Assembly (NCBI RefSeq): GCF_001644705.1
Contig: NZ_CP015137.1
Coordinates: forward strand, 2,520,001-2,552,000
Direction of reading: 5' to 3'
From: Dickeya solani IPO 2222
Lineage (GTDB): Bacteria > Pseudomonadota > Gammaproteobacteria > Enterobacterales > Enterobacteriaceae
DNA: 32,000 bases
Part shown: piece after piece, positions 1 to 10,943 of the stretch
How the letters are laid out: each line of letters opens with the position of its first letter
Numbering within the stretch: the first letter of the stretch is position 1
Made by a program: the position numbers and the translations under genes
Notes under the pieces: generated by a model
Database searches by the model: none
What the model saw: the letters and a program-made list of their open reading frames with translations, nothing else
What the model was told of the DNA's origin: nothing

Positions 1-43
1 TTATATAAATCGTAATACCCGGCAGGCCATCTGCCAGAAAAGC

Positions 44-67
44 AAAAGGCGGCCGGAGCCGCCTTTT
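44..67 (-). terminator. Rho-independent terminator downstream of gltD (looks bidirectional)
   Basis: Stem ggcggc (48-53), loop cgga, stem gccgcc (58-63), flanked by AAAA (44-47) and TTTT (64-67). On the minus strand the stem is followed by ttttgcttttc and begins 17 nt after the gltD stop. A second small hairpin, ggcag/gccat/ctgcc, lies at 21-35. No gltF-like ORF follows gltD. Confidence 0.7.
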
Positions 68-84
68 GGATATCCCGAAAGCGA

Positions 85-1512
<1,428 letters not shown>

Positions 1513-4500
1513 TTACTGCGCCTGTACCCGCAGCTCCGCTGCGGAACGACTACGATGACCCAACAACGCCTTCACATCACTCGATTTCGGCTTTACCAGC
1601 GCAAATTTCGATGCCCAAACCGGCCAGTTGGCGAGGATTTCCTCACCGCGTTGCGAACCGGTGTGCTGGACGTGCTCGGTAATCAGCCCGCGCAGATGCT
1701 CTTCGTGAATCGCCAGGTTTTCCACATCCAGCACTTCAACCAGTTCCGGGTTGACGCGTTTGCGGAATTCGCCGTCCTCATCCAGCACGTAGGCGAAGCC
1801 GCCGGTCATGCCTGCGCCGAAGTTGACGCCGGTACGACCCAGAATACAGACGATACCGCCGGTCATGTATTCGCAGCCGTTATCGCCGATGCCTTCCACT
1901 ACGGTGATGGCGCCGGAGTTACGCACCGCGAAACGCTCGCCGGCACGCCCTGCGGCGAACAGCTTGCCGCCGGTCGCGCCGTACAGGCAGGTGTTGCCGA
2001 TAATGCTGGCTTCGTGGCTGCGGAAGGCTGAACCGACCGGTGGACGCACCGAGATGACGCCGCCAGCCATGCCTTTGCCTACGTAGTCGTTGGCGTCGCC
2101 GGTCAGGGTCAGCTCAACGCCGCCGGCGTTCCACACGCCGAAGCTCTGGCCGGCGGTACCGGTGAAGTGCGCTTTGATCGGATCGCTCGCCAGCCCCTGA
2201 TCGCCGTGTTTCGCCGCGATCACGCCGGACAAGGTCGCGCCGACGGAACGGTCGGTGTTGCGGATGTCAAAGTAGAGCGTTTTGCTCTGTCTGGCATCGA
2301 CATGCGCCTGAGCCTGGGCGATCAATTCTTTGTTCAGCAGGCCTTTGTCAAACGACGGGTTGCCCTCGGTGCAGTACAGCGCCTTGCCGGGCTGCGGCGT
2401 CACGGTGTGCAGCATCGGCGACAGGTCCAGCTTGTTCTGCTTGGCGGTGATGCCGTCCAGTTCGACCAACAGGTCGGTGCGGCCGATCAGGTCCACCAGA
2501 CGGCTGATGCCCAGCTCCGCCATCAGCTCGCGGGTTTCGCGGGCGATGAAGGTGAAGTAGTTCACCACACGCTCCGGCAGGCCGTGATAGTGATCGCGGC
2601 GCAGCTTGTCATCCTGCGTTGCCACGCCGGTGGCGCAGTTGTTCAGGTGGCAGATACGCAGGTATTTACAACCCAGCGCCACCATCGGGCCGGTGCCGAA
2701 GCCGAAGCTTTCCGCGCCCAGAATCGCCGCTTTCACGATGTCCAGACCGGTCTTCAGGCCGCCGTCCACCTGCAGGCGGATCTTGTGACGCAGGCCGTTG
2801 GCGACCAGCGCCTGCTGGGTTTCCACCAGGCCCAGTTCCCACGGGCAACCGGCGTATTTAACCGAGGACAGCGGGCTGGCGCCGGTGCCGCCGTCGTAGC
2901 CGGCGATGGTAATCAGGTCGGCATAGGCTTTCGCCACGCCGGTGGCGATGGTGCCGACGCCCGGCTCGGAAACCAGCTTGACCGAAATCATCGCCTTCGG
3001 GTTGACCTGTTTCAGGTCGAAAATCAGCTGCGCCAGATCTTCGATCGAATAAATATCATGGTGCGGCGGCGGTGAAATCAGGGTCACGCCCGGTACGGAG
3101 TAACGCAGACGCGCGATGTACGGCGTGACTTTGTCGCCCGGCAGCTGGCCGCCTTCACCCGGTTTGGCGCCCTGCGCCACCTTGATTTGGATGACGTCGG
3201 CATTGACCAGATAGGCCGGGGTCACGCCAAAGCGACCGGAGGCCACCTGCTTGATGCGGGACACTTTATTGGTGCCGTAACGCGCCGGGTCTTCGCCGCC
3301 TTCGCCTGAGTTGGAGAAGCCGCCCAGACTGTTCATGGCTTCCGCCAGCGACTCATGCGCTTCGGGGCTCAGCGCGCCGATGGACATGGCGGCGGTGTCA
3401 AAGCGTTTGAACAGTTCCGAATCCGGCTCGACCTGCTCCAGCGGGATAGCCGCGCCTTCCTGCGGCTGCAGCGCCAGCAGGTCGCGCAGCATAGATACCG
3501 GGCGTTCGTTCACCAGTTTGGCGTATTGCTGGTAATCATGATAGTCACCGCTGTGCACCGCGGTTTGCAGCGTTTTCACCACATCCGGGTTGTAAGCGTG
3601 GTATTCGCCGTTGTAGACAAACTTGAGCAAACCGCCCTGATCGAGCTTCTGGCGCTTGAGCCAGGCGCGTTTGGACAGATTTTGCAGGTCCTGTTCGAAG
3701 TCGCTGAAGCTGGCGCCGCCGATGCGGCTCACCACGCCCTGGAAGCAACGGGACGCAACATCATTGTGCAGGCCGACCGCTTCGAACAGTTTCGAGCAGC
3801 GGTAGGAGGCGATGGTGGAGATCCCCATCTTGGACATGATCTTGTACAGACCCTTGTTGATGCCGTTGCGGTAGTTCTGCATCACGGTACGGTACGGTTT
3901 GTCGATGGTGTGGTTATCCACCAGACGTGCCAGCGCTTCATAGGCCAGATACGGGTAAACCGCGGTGGCACCGAAGCCGAGCAGTACGGCGAAATGGTGC
4001 GGATCGCGAGCACTGGCGGTTTCAACGATGATGTTGGCGTCGCAGCGCAGGCTTTTTTCCACCAGACGCGACTGAATCGCGCCCACCGCCATCGGCGCCG
4101 GCACCGGCAGACGATCCTGCGCGATGCCGCGGTCGGTCAGCACCAGCAACACGGCTCCGGCGCGCACCTTGTATTCCGCTTCGTCGCACAGTTTTTCGAC
4201 TGTGTCCTGCAATGAACGCTGTTTCGGATCGAAGGTGATATCGATCTTCTCGGCGCGATAATGCTCCGGATCCTGATTGATCAACTGAATGAAGTCGGAG
4301 TAGAGCAGGATCGGCGATTTGAAGCTCAGGCGGTGAGCCTGGCCTTCCGCCTCGCAGAAGACGTTCATTTCACGACCGATACAGGTGGCGAGCGACATCA
4401 CGTGCGCTTCGCGCAGCGGGTCGATCGGCGGGTTGGTCACCTGCGCGAATTGCTGGCGGAAATAATCGTAAATGATGCGTGGGCGGCTCGACAGCACGGC

Positions 4501-5973
4501 GAACGGCGTGTCGTCGCCCATGGAACCGGTCGCTTCCTGACCGTTTTCCCCCAGCACGCGAATAACCTGATCCAGCTCTTCGTTACTGTAGCCGAACTGC
4601 TTCTGGTAGGTTTCCAGCAGCGCGTCATCAAGCTCCCGGCTGCCGACCTGATCGTCCGGCAGCTCTTCGAACGGCACCAGACGCTTGACGTTTTTCTCCA
4701 TCCACTCTTTGTACGGATGGCGGCTTTTCAGGTCATCGTCGGTTTCGGTCGAATGCAGGATACGGCCGGTACGGGTGTCGATCACCATCAGTTCGCCCGG
4801 ACCGACGCGGCCTTTCTCCACCACTTCGTCAGGCTGGTAATCCCAGATGCCCACTTCGGAGGCGCAGGTGATCAGTTTATCTTTGGTGATGACATAGCGC
4901 GCCGGACGCAGACCGTTACGGTCGAGGTTACAGGCCGCGTAGCGCCCGTCGGACAGCACCAGACCGGCCGGGCCATCCCACGGCTCCATGTGCATGGAGT
5001 TAAAGTCAAAGAAGGCGCGCAGTTCCGGGTCCATATTCGGGTTGTTCTGCCAGGCCGGCGGCACCAGCAGACGCATGGCGCGCACGATGTCCATCCCGCC
5101 CGCCAGGAACAGCTCCAGCATATTGTCCAGCGACATGGAGTCCGAACCGCTTTCGTCTACGAACGGTGCGGCGTCCAGCAGGTCGGGAATCAGCGGGGTC
5201 TTGAATTTATAAGCGCGGGCGCGGGCCCACTGGCGGTTGCCGGTGATGGTGTTGATTTCACCGTTGTGCGCCAGATAGCGGAACGGCTGCGCCAGACGCC
5301 AGCGCGGCACGGTATTGGTGGAGAAGCGCTGGTGGAACAGGCAGATGGCCGATTCCAGACGCAGGTCCGCCAGATCCAGATAGAACCGCGGCAGGTCTGT
5401 GGGCATACACAGACCTTTATAGATATTCACCAGATTGGAGAGGCTGCACACATAGAAATCTTTATCCTGCACGCGCTTCTCGATACGGCGGCGCGCCATG
5501 AACAGACGGCGTTCCATATCACGCGGGCGCCAGCCGGCCGGGGCGTTGACAAAAATCTGTTCGATGCGCGGCAGAGAAGAGAGCGCGATCTCACCCAGCA
5601 CGTCCGGGTTGGTCGGCACTTCGCGCCAACCGAGTACGGACAGGGTTTCATTCTGCAGTTCTTCTTCCACAATCCGACGGGTGGCACGGGCCTTTTCTTC
5701 ATCCCGGCTGAGGAACAGCATGCCGACCGCATAATTGTTGGCCAGCCGCCAGCCGTGTTCTTCGGCGACCAGGCGGAAGAAACGATCGGGTTTTTGAAGC
5801 AATAAGCCGCAACCGTCGCCGGTCTTACCATCGGCAAGGATCGCGCCACGGTGCTGCATGCGGGCCAGGGCGTGAATCGCCGTCCGCACGACTTTATGGC
5901 TCGGTTCACCTTCTATATGGGCGATCAATCCGAAACCACAGTTGTCTCTCTCATGGGATGCATCGTACAACAT
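1513..5973 (-). CDS. gltB: Glutamate synthase (NADPH) large subunit
   Basis: 1486-aa ORF. The N-terminal Ntn-amidotransferase region (…ERDNCGFGLIAH…) is followed by the FMN and GXGXG domains. It is colinear with E. coli GltB from memory. A GGGGAGG Shine-Dalgarno lies upstream of the ATG at 5973. Confidence 0.97.
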   Translation of the reverse strand: MLYDASHERDNCGFGLIAHIEGEPSHKVVRTAIHALARMQHRGAILADGKTGDGCGLLLQKPDRFFRLVAEEHGWRLANNYAVGMLFLSRDEEKARATRRIVEEELQNETLSVLGWREVPTNPDVLGEIALSSLPRIEQIFVNAPAGWRPRDMERRLFMARRRIEKRVQDKDFYVCSLSNLVNIYKGLCMPTDLPRFYLDLADLRLESAICLFHQRFSTNTVPRWRLAQPFRYLAHNGEINTITGNRQWARARAYKFKTPLIPDLLDAAPFVDESGSDSMSLDNMLELFLAGGMDIVRAMRLLVPPAWQNNPNMDPELRAFFDFNSMHMEPWDGPAGLVLSDGRYAACNLDRNGLRPARYVITKDKLITCASEVGIWDYQPDEVVEKGRVGPGELMVIDTRTGRILHSTETDDDLKSRHPYKEWMEKNVKRLVPFEELPDDQVGSRELDDALLETYQKQFGYSNEELDQVIRVLGENGQEATGSMGDDTPFAVLSSRPRIIYDYFRQQFAQVTNPPIDPLREAHVMSLATCIGREMNVFCEAEGQAHRLSFKSPILLYSDFIQLINQDPEHYRAEKIDITFDPKQRSLQDTVEKLCDEAEYKVRAGAVLLVLTDRGIAQDRLPVPAPMAVGAIQSRLVEKSLRCDANIIVETASARDPHHFAVLLGFGATAVYPYLAYEALARLVDNHTIDKPYRTVMQNYRNGINKGLYKIMSKMGISTIASYRCSKLFEAVGLHNDVASRCFQGVVSRIGGASFSDFEQDLQNLSKRAWLKRQKLDQGGLLKFVYNGEYHAYNPDVVKTLQTAVHSGDYHDYQQYAKLVNERPVSMLRDLLALQPQEGAAIPLEQVEPDSELFKRFDTAAMSIGALSPEAHESLAEAMNSLGGFSNSGEGGEDPARYGTNKVSRIKQVASGRFGVTPAYLVNADVIQIKVAQGAKPGEGGQLPGDKVTPYIARLRYSVPGVTLISPPPHHDIYSIEDLAQLIFDLKQVNPKAMISVKLVSEPGVGTIATGVAKAYADLITIAGYDGGTGASPLSSVKYAGCPWELGLVETQQALVANGLRHKIRLQVDGGLKTGLDIVKAAILGAESFGFGTGPMVALGCKYLRICHLNNCATGVATQDDKLRRDHYHGLPERVVNYFTFIARETRELMAELGISRLVDLIGRTDLLVELDGITAKQNKLDLSPMLHTVTPQPGKALYCTEGNPSFDKGLLNKELIAQAQAHVDARQSKTLYFDIRNTDRSVGATLSGVIAAKHGDQGLASDPIKAHFTGTAGQSFGVWNAGGVELTLTGDANDYVGKGMAGGVISVRPPVGSAFRSHEASIIGNTCLYGATGGKLFAAGRAGERFAVRNSGAITVVEGIGDNGCEYMTGGIVCILGRTGVNFGAGMTGGFAYVLDEDGEFRKRVNPELVEVLDVENLAIHEEHLRGLITEHVQHTGSQRGEEILANWPVWASKFALVKPKSSDVKALLGHRSRSAAELRVQAQ

Positions 5974-6677
5974 ATCTCAGTGAACCTCCCCAGGCTCTGT
6001 ATGACTTCCTCACCGTCAATGCCACTACCAGAATGCGGGCGCTTATTAAATTGCGTGTTAACCGCGCGCTAACCGCGAGCGACCCCTTCACTGCGCCAAT
6101 TTGACATCAGTGGTGTGCGCCGCTCTCTTTAATCTGGCCTCTCGTAAGGTCTCACAAGTGATGTGACTTGCTTGATGAGGGAGTCTTCTTCTTACTGCAT
6201 AAATATGACGAGATGTTGACTCGTCGGGAAAGCTTCCAGTGGATTCCCAAATTAGCGAGAAACCCTGTTCAGGTCAAATCTCCATAACGAGTAAGCACTT
6301 TAGGGATAATATTTACTTATGTTTATGAAATAAAAGGATTTAATTAATAAAAATAAGACGTTGGCAAGGTGGGGGTATTGGTCTAACTGTGAGCTGTATC
6401 ACTATGCTAATAGCGAGTTTTAATCGCTGCATGCTGCGATAATGTGACTTTGTGGCATCTTATTCTGCCTGGCGTGATTTTTCTACTTTATGACACTGTT
6501 TTTCATTTTGCGGTCATCTTTTAATGGAATGAGCCTCGCAGATAAGAAAAATTAATCAGGGGGAATGTGATTTTATTTTCAATAAAAACGAATAAACATG
6601 CAGTTATATAAACCGGAGCGTATTGATCGGGGTCATCGCCGTTAATCGGCGCTAAAGGTAGGCTGATTTTTTATGAA
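5974..6677. promoter_or_regulatory. Divergent gltB / yhcC control region (704 bp, strongly AT-rich core at about 6290-6610)
   Basis: This is an unusually long non-coding gap between divergent genes with no credible ORF. In E. coli the gltB promoter region is a large Lrp/IHF/CRP nucleoprotein target (established knowledge). I could not place individual sites confidently. Confidence 0.5.
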
Positions 6678-7622
6678 ATGAAGAATCAGCATATGCAATT
6701 GCAAAAATTAATCAATATGTTTGGTGGCGATCTCCAGCGCCGTTATGGAGAAAAAATCCATAAACTGGCGCTTCACGGGGGATTTAGCTGCCCAAACCGC
6801 GACGGCACTCTGGGGCGCGGCGGTTGCACCTTCTGCAATGTGGCGTCGTTCGCCGACGAGCAGATGCAGCAGCGCAGCATCGCCGAGCAACTGGCCGCAC
6901 AGGCCGGCAAGATCAATCGCGCCCGTCGCTATCTGGCCTATTTTCAGGCTTATACCAGCACCTATGCCGAGGTACAGGTGCTGGCGTCTATGTACCGGCA
7001 GGCGCTGACGCAGGCCGATATGGTGGGGTTGTGCGTGGGCACCCGGCCGGATTGTGTACCGGATACGGTGCTGGACCTGCTGGCTGACTATCACGAGCAA
7101 GGCTATGAAGTCTGGCTGGAGCTGGGGCTGCAAAGCGCCCACGACCGGACGTTGCGACGCATCAATCGCGGGCATGATTTCGCCTGTTATCGGCAGACCG
7201 TGCAGCGGGCGCGTGCCAGAGGGCTAAACGTGTGCAGCCACCTGATCGTTGGCTTGCCCGGCGAGAGCGACGAACATTGCCTGTCGACGTTGCAGCAGGT
7301 GGTGGAGGCCGGTGTGGACGGCATCAAGCTGCACCCGCTGCACATTGTGACCGGCAGCGTAATGGCGAAAGCCTGGGGTGCCGGCCGGCTGCCGGAACTG
7401 TCGCTGGCGCGTTATGTGTCGATTGCCGGCGAGATGATTCGCCACACCCCGCCTGGGATTGTCTATCACCGTGTTTCCGCCAGTGCCCGGCGGCCGACGC
7501 TGCTGGCGCCGCTGTGGTGTGAAAATCGCTGGACCGGCATGGTCGGCGTTCACGACTATCTGCAACAGCATGGCGCGCAAGGTTCCGCGCTGGGTCAGCC
7601 ATTTCATTACTCAACAAACTAA
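6678..7622 (+). CDS. yhcC: TIGR01212-family radical SAM protein YhcC
   Basis: 314-aa ORF with the CPNRDG…GGCTFCNV Cys motif. It is colinear with E. coli YhcC, which begins MQLQKL. The second in-frame ATG at 6693 may therefore be the true start. Confidence 0.9.
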   Translation: MKNQHMQLQKLINMFGGDLQRRYGEKIHKLALHGGFSCPNRDGTLGRGGCTFCNVASFADEQMQQRSIAEQLAAQAGKINRARRYLAYFQAYTSTYAEVQVLASMYRQALTQADMVGLCVGTRPDCVPDTVLDLLADYHEQGYEVWLELGLQSAHDRTLRRINRGHDFACYRQTVQRARARGLNVCSHLIVGLPGESDEHCLSTLQQVVEAGVDGIKLHPLHIVTGSVMAKAWGAGRLPELSLARYVSIAGEMIRHTPPGIVYHRVSASARRPTLLAPLWCENRWTGMVGVHDYLQQHGAQGSALGQPFHYSTN

Positions 7623-7715
7623 CCTCCGTGGCGGCTCGCAAATTGACCGCTCATTTACCGCGCATACGATTTTTTTACGGTATGATTTGCGGGTTTATGA
7701 TTAAGGAACACCGCT

Positions 7716-10055
7716 ATGAGGCAAATCAGGCTGTTGGCGCAGTATTACGTTGATTTAATGGTCAAACTGGGGCTGGTGCGTTTTTCCCTGCTGCTGGCGT
7801 CAGCGCTAGTCTTACTGGCGCTGGTGGTGCAGATGGCGGTGACGCTGCTGCTCTCCGGCAAGGTGGAAAACATCGACGTGGTGCGCTCTATCTTTTTCGG
7901 CTTACTGATCACGCCCTGGGCGGTTTACTTCCTGTCCGTGGTGGTGGAGCAGTTGGAGGAGTCGCGCCAGCGGCTGTCCCGGCTGGTGGCCAAGCTGGAA
8001 GAGATGCGCCAGCGCGATCAGGAACTGAACGAACAGTTGCAGGGCAATATCGGCCAGCTCAATCAGGAAATCAGCGATCGCATCAAGGCGGAGGACGCCC
8101 GCCTGCTGATGGTCTCCAAGCTGCGTGAAGAGATGGCGCGCCGCGAGCAGGCGCAGGTTGAGCTGGAACAGCAGTCGGCGCTGCTGCGCTCTTTTCTCGA
8201 TGCCTCGCCGGATCTGGTTTACTACCGCAATGAAAACAAAGAATTTTCCGGCTGCAACCGGGCGATGGAGCTGCTGCTCGGCAAAAGCCAGAAGCAGCTT
8301 ATCGGCCTGACGCCAAAAGATGTTTATCCGCCCGATATTGCCGAAAAAGTGATGGAAACGGATGAAAAGGTGTTCCGCCACAACGTCTCATTGACCTATG
8401 AGCAGTGGCTGGTTTATCCGGATGGACGCAAGGCCTGTTTCGAGTTGCGCAAGGTGCCGTTTTACGACCGCATGGGTAAGCGACACGGCCTGATGGGATT
8501 TGGACGCGATATTACCGAGCGTAAGCGCTACCAGGACGCGTTAGAGAACGCCAGTAGGGAGAAGACCACCTTCATCTCTACGATCAGCCACGAGCTTCGT
8601 ACGCCGCTTAATGGCATTGTCGGCCTGAGCCGTATCCTGCTCGACACCCATTTGGACGCAGAGCAGCAAAAATACCTGAAAACCATCCACGTCAGCGCCA
8701 TCACGCTCGGCAATATTTTCAACGACATCATCGAAATGGATAAGCAGGAGCGGCGCAAGGTTCAACTGGATAACCAGCCGGTGGATTTCGTCGGTTTTGT
8801 GGTGGACCTGGAGAATCTGGGCGGATTGCTGGCCCAGCCTAAGGGGCTACAGCTTGAGATGGAACTGCATCAGCCGCTGCCGAAAACCATCGTCACCGAC
8901 GGCACCCGGTTGCGCCAGATCCTGTGGAATTTGCTCAGCAACGCGGTGAAATTCACTCGCGAAGGCCGGGTGGTGGTGCGGGTCTGGCATGAGCAGGGCG
9001 ACCGGTTGCGTTTTGAGGTGGCGGATTCCGGCATGGGGATCCCGGCCGATGAGCTGGAGAAAATTTTCTCCATGTACTACCAGGTCAAGGACCAACACGG
9101 CGGCAAACCGGCTACCGGCACCGGCATCGGGCTGGCGGTATCCAAGCGTCTGGCGCAAAGCATGGGCGGCGATATTCAGGTGACCAGCGAACTGGGCAAG
9201 GGCTCCTGTTTTGCGCTAACGGTGACGGCGCCGGTGGTGCGTGATGACGAGTCTGAAGACGACGACCAGGATGAACTGCCGCTGCCGGCGTTGCATGTGC
9301 TGTTGGTGGAAGATATCGAACTGAACGTGGTGGTGGCGCGTTCGGTACTGGAAAAACTGGGCAGCAGCGTCGACGTGGCGATGACCGGTCAGGCGGCGTT
9401 GGATATGTTCGATCCGGATGAATTTGATTTGGTGCTGCTGGATATCCAGCTGCCGGACATGACCGGTCTGGATGTGGCGCGTCGGCTGCGTGAGCGTTAT
9501 GCCGGGCAGTCGATGCCGCCGCTGGTCGCCCTGACGGCGAATGTGCTCAAAGATAAAAAAGAGTATCTGGACGCCGGCATGGATGATGTGCTGAGTAAGC
9601 CGCTGGCGGTGCCGGCGCTGACGGCGGTAATCCAGCAATACTGGGATCATCATGCACAGCCGGAACCGGAGGCCGCGGCGGTGGACACAGGGTCGCTGCA
9701 GGACCGTTTACTGGATATCCCGACGCTGGAGCAGTACCTGACGCTGGTGGGGCCGAAACTGATTCATCAGAGCCTGGCGATGTTCGAGCAGATGATGCCC
9801 GGCTATCTGGCGATTCTTGATTCCAACATGACCGCACGCGACCAGAAAGGCATTGCGGAAGAGGGGCACAAAATCAAAGGCGCGGCGGGCTCGGTTGGGC
9901 TCAAGCATCTGCAGCAGGTTGCGCAACAGATTCAGACCACGACATTACCGGCATGGTGGGACAACGTACAGGAGTGGATTGACGAGTTGAAACACGACTG
10001 GCAGCAGGATGTGCAGGTATTGAAAGACTGGGTTTCAGAGGCTGAAAAAAAATGA
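7716..10055 (+). CDS. arcB: Aerobic respiration control sensor kinase ArcB (tripartite hybrid histidine kinase)
   Basis: 779-aa ORF with two N-terminal TM helices, a coiled-coil/PAS region, the H-box SHELRTPLNG, an HATPase domain (GTGIGLAVS), a receiver domain (LVLLDIQLPDM), and a C-terminal HPt domain (HKIKGAAGSVG). Confidence 0.97.
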   Translation: MRQIRLLAQYYVDLMVKLGLVRFSLLLASALVLLALVVQMAVTLLLSGKVENIDVVRSIFFGLLITPWAVYFLSVVVEQLEESRQRLSRLVAKLEEMRQRDQELNEQLQGNIGQLNQEISDRIKAEDARLLMVSKLREEMARREQAQVELEQQSALLRSFLDASPDLVYYRNENKEFSGCNRAMELLLGKSQKQLIGLTPKDVYPPDIAEKVMETDEKVFRHNVSLTYEQWLVYPDGRKACFELRKVPFYDRMGKRHGLMGFGRDITERKRYQDALENASREKTTFISTISHELRTPLNGIVGLSRILLDTHLDAEQQKYLKTIHVSAITLGNIFNDIIEMDKQERRKVQLDNQPVDFVGFVVDLENLGGLLAQPKGLQLEMELHQPLPKTIVTDGTRLRQILWNLLSNAVKFTREGRVVVRVWHEQGDRLRFEVADSGMGIPADELEKIFSMYYQVKDQHGGKPATGTGIGLAVSKRLAQSMGGDIQVTSELGKGSCFALTVTAPVVRDDESEDDDQDELPLPALHVLLVEDIELNVVVARSVLEKLGSSVDVAMTGQAALDMFDPDEFDLVLLDIQLPDMTGLDVARRLRERYAGQSMPPLVALTANVLKDKKEYLDAGMDDVLSKPLAVPALTAVIQQYWDHHAQPEPEAAAVDTGSLQDRLLDIPTLEQYLTLVGPKLIHQSLAMFEQMMPGYLAILDSNMTARDQKGIAEEGHKIKGAAGSVGLKHLQQVAQQIQTTTLPAWWDNVQEWIDELKHDWQQDVQVLKDWVSEAEKK

Positions 10056-10212
10056 CCCCGACCGAGGTCGGGGTGCGCGAATTATGTGCCAACACCAGGG
10101 AAAGCGGTACACCTGCGTTCAATCTCAGATATTGTTGGTACGCAAGCGTTTTTGAAATCCCATCTTCTGGCAACACACCATAGCAAATACGGCGTGGTTT
10201 GTTACAAGAATC
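10045..10212 (-). ncRNA. arcZ: ArcZ (SraH/RyhA) Hfq-dependent sRNA, convergent with arcB; 3' end confident, 5' end approximate
   Basis: The reverse complement of 10045-10105 reads gctttccctggtgttggcacataattcgcgcaccccgacctcggtcggggtcatttttttt. This nearly matches the E. coli ArcZ 3' core and terminator as I recall it (UUUCCCUGGUGUUGGCGCAGUAUUCGCGCACCCCGG..CCGGGGUCAUUUUUU). The terminator stem is 10056-10062/10067-10073, and its U-tract is the complement of arcB codons 10045-10052. A perfect TTGACA lies on the minus strand at 10246-10241, followed by a weak -10 (cacatt, 17-nt spacer). Confidence 0.8.
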
Positions 10213-10289
10213 ATTAAAATGTGTGATGTAGATTAGTGTTTGTCAATCAAAAAATCAATTAGTTGATGTAATGAAATGAGGCTTGAGTG

Positions 10290-10943
10290 ATGAAAAAAGT
10301 TGGTGTCGTACTCAGCGGATGTGGAGTTTATGATGGTTCAGAGATTCATGAAGTTGTCTTGACTCTGCTTGCAATTGATCGTGCCGGCGCCGAGGCTGTC
10401 TGCTTTGCCCCGGACAAAGAACAGCTGCATGTCATTAATCATCTGACCGGTGAGGTTACCGGTGAGAAACGCAATGTTTTAGCGGAATCGGCGCGTATTT
10501 CTCGTGGAAAAATCCAGCCATTATCCAGCGCGAATCCCCAACAGCTTGATGCGCTGATTGTCCCCGGTGGATTCGGTGCTGCAAAAAATTTGAGCGATTT
10601 TGCCACCCGTGGGATCGACTGTGAAATTGATAACGAACTGAAAATACTTACTCGTGAGATTCATAAGAAAAATAAACCAATAGGGTTTATTTGTATCGCC
10701 CCTGCCATGTTACCGAAACTGCTTGATACCTCTGTGCAGCTTACAATTGGTAACGATGAAGGGACTGCGCAGGCGATAGAAGCGATGGGTGGTGTGCACG
10801 TGAAGTGCCCGGTAGATGACATTGTCGTTGACGTTGCACACAAGGTGGTAACGACACCGGCTTACATGCTGGCGAACTCGATTGGTGAAGCCGCTAGCGG
10901 AATTGAGAAACTGGTGGCGCGTGTTTTGGAACTGACTGAATGA
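10290..10943 (+). CDS. elbB: DJ-1/PfpI-family glyoxalase ElbB
   Basis: The ORF track starts at GTG 10287. The adjacent ATG at 10290 gives [21 protein letters not shown]…, colinear with E. coli ElbB ([21 protein letters not shown]…). A tgagg SD lies about 9 nt upstream. Confidence 0.93.
   Translation: MKKVGVVLSGCGVYDGSEIHEVVLTLLAIDRAGAEAVCFAPDKEQLHVINHLTGEVTGEKRNVLAESARISRGKIQPLSSANPQQLDALIVPGGFGAAKNLSDFATRGIDCEIDNELKILTREIHKKNKPIGFICIAPAMLPKLLDTSVQLTIGNDEGTAQAIEAMGGVHVKCPVDDIVVDVAHKVVTTPAYMLANSIGEAASGIEKLVARVLELTE

Noticed and set aside
4261-5805. A long antisense ORF (514 aa) opposite gltB. Similar antisense ORFs lie opposite other genes: gltD (223-1257), gltB again (2167-3075 and 3355-4215), mtgA (10970-11734), ygiD (19445-20209), ygiC (20576-21601), parE (28054-28788), the LysR gene (29089-29703) and parC (30956-31912).
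   Set aside because: All lie fully inside strongly supported conserved genes on the other strand. Their Arg/Ala/Gly/His-rich, low-complexity composition is typical of out-of-frame or antisense reading of GC-rich coding DNA. None has a recognisable motif.
6490-6555. A 21-aa ORF (MTLFFILRSSFNGMSLADKKN*), among other tiny ORFs in the AT-rich gltB/yhcC intergenic region.
   Set aside because: It has no SD. AT-rich sequence generates such ORFs by chance, and nothing indicates conservation.
10287-10943. elbB appears lower in GC than its neighbours. Hand counts of several 60-nt lines range from about 37% to 58%, averaging in the high 40s.
   Set aside because: The gene is in its conserved syntenic position with translational coupling to mtgA. 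The deviation is moderate and patchy, and I cannot compute statistics here, so I make no HGT claim.
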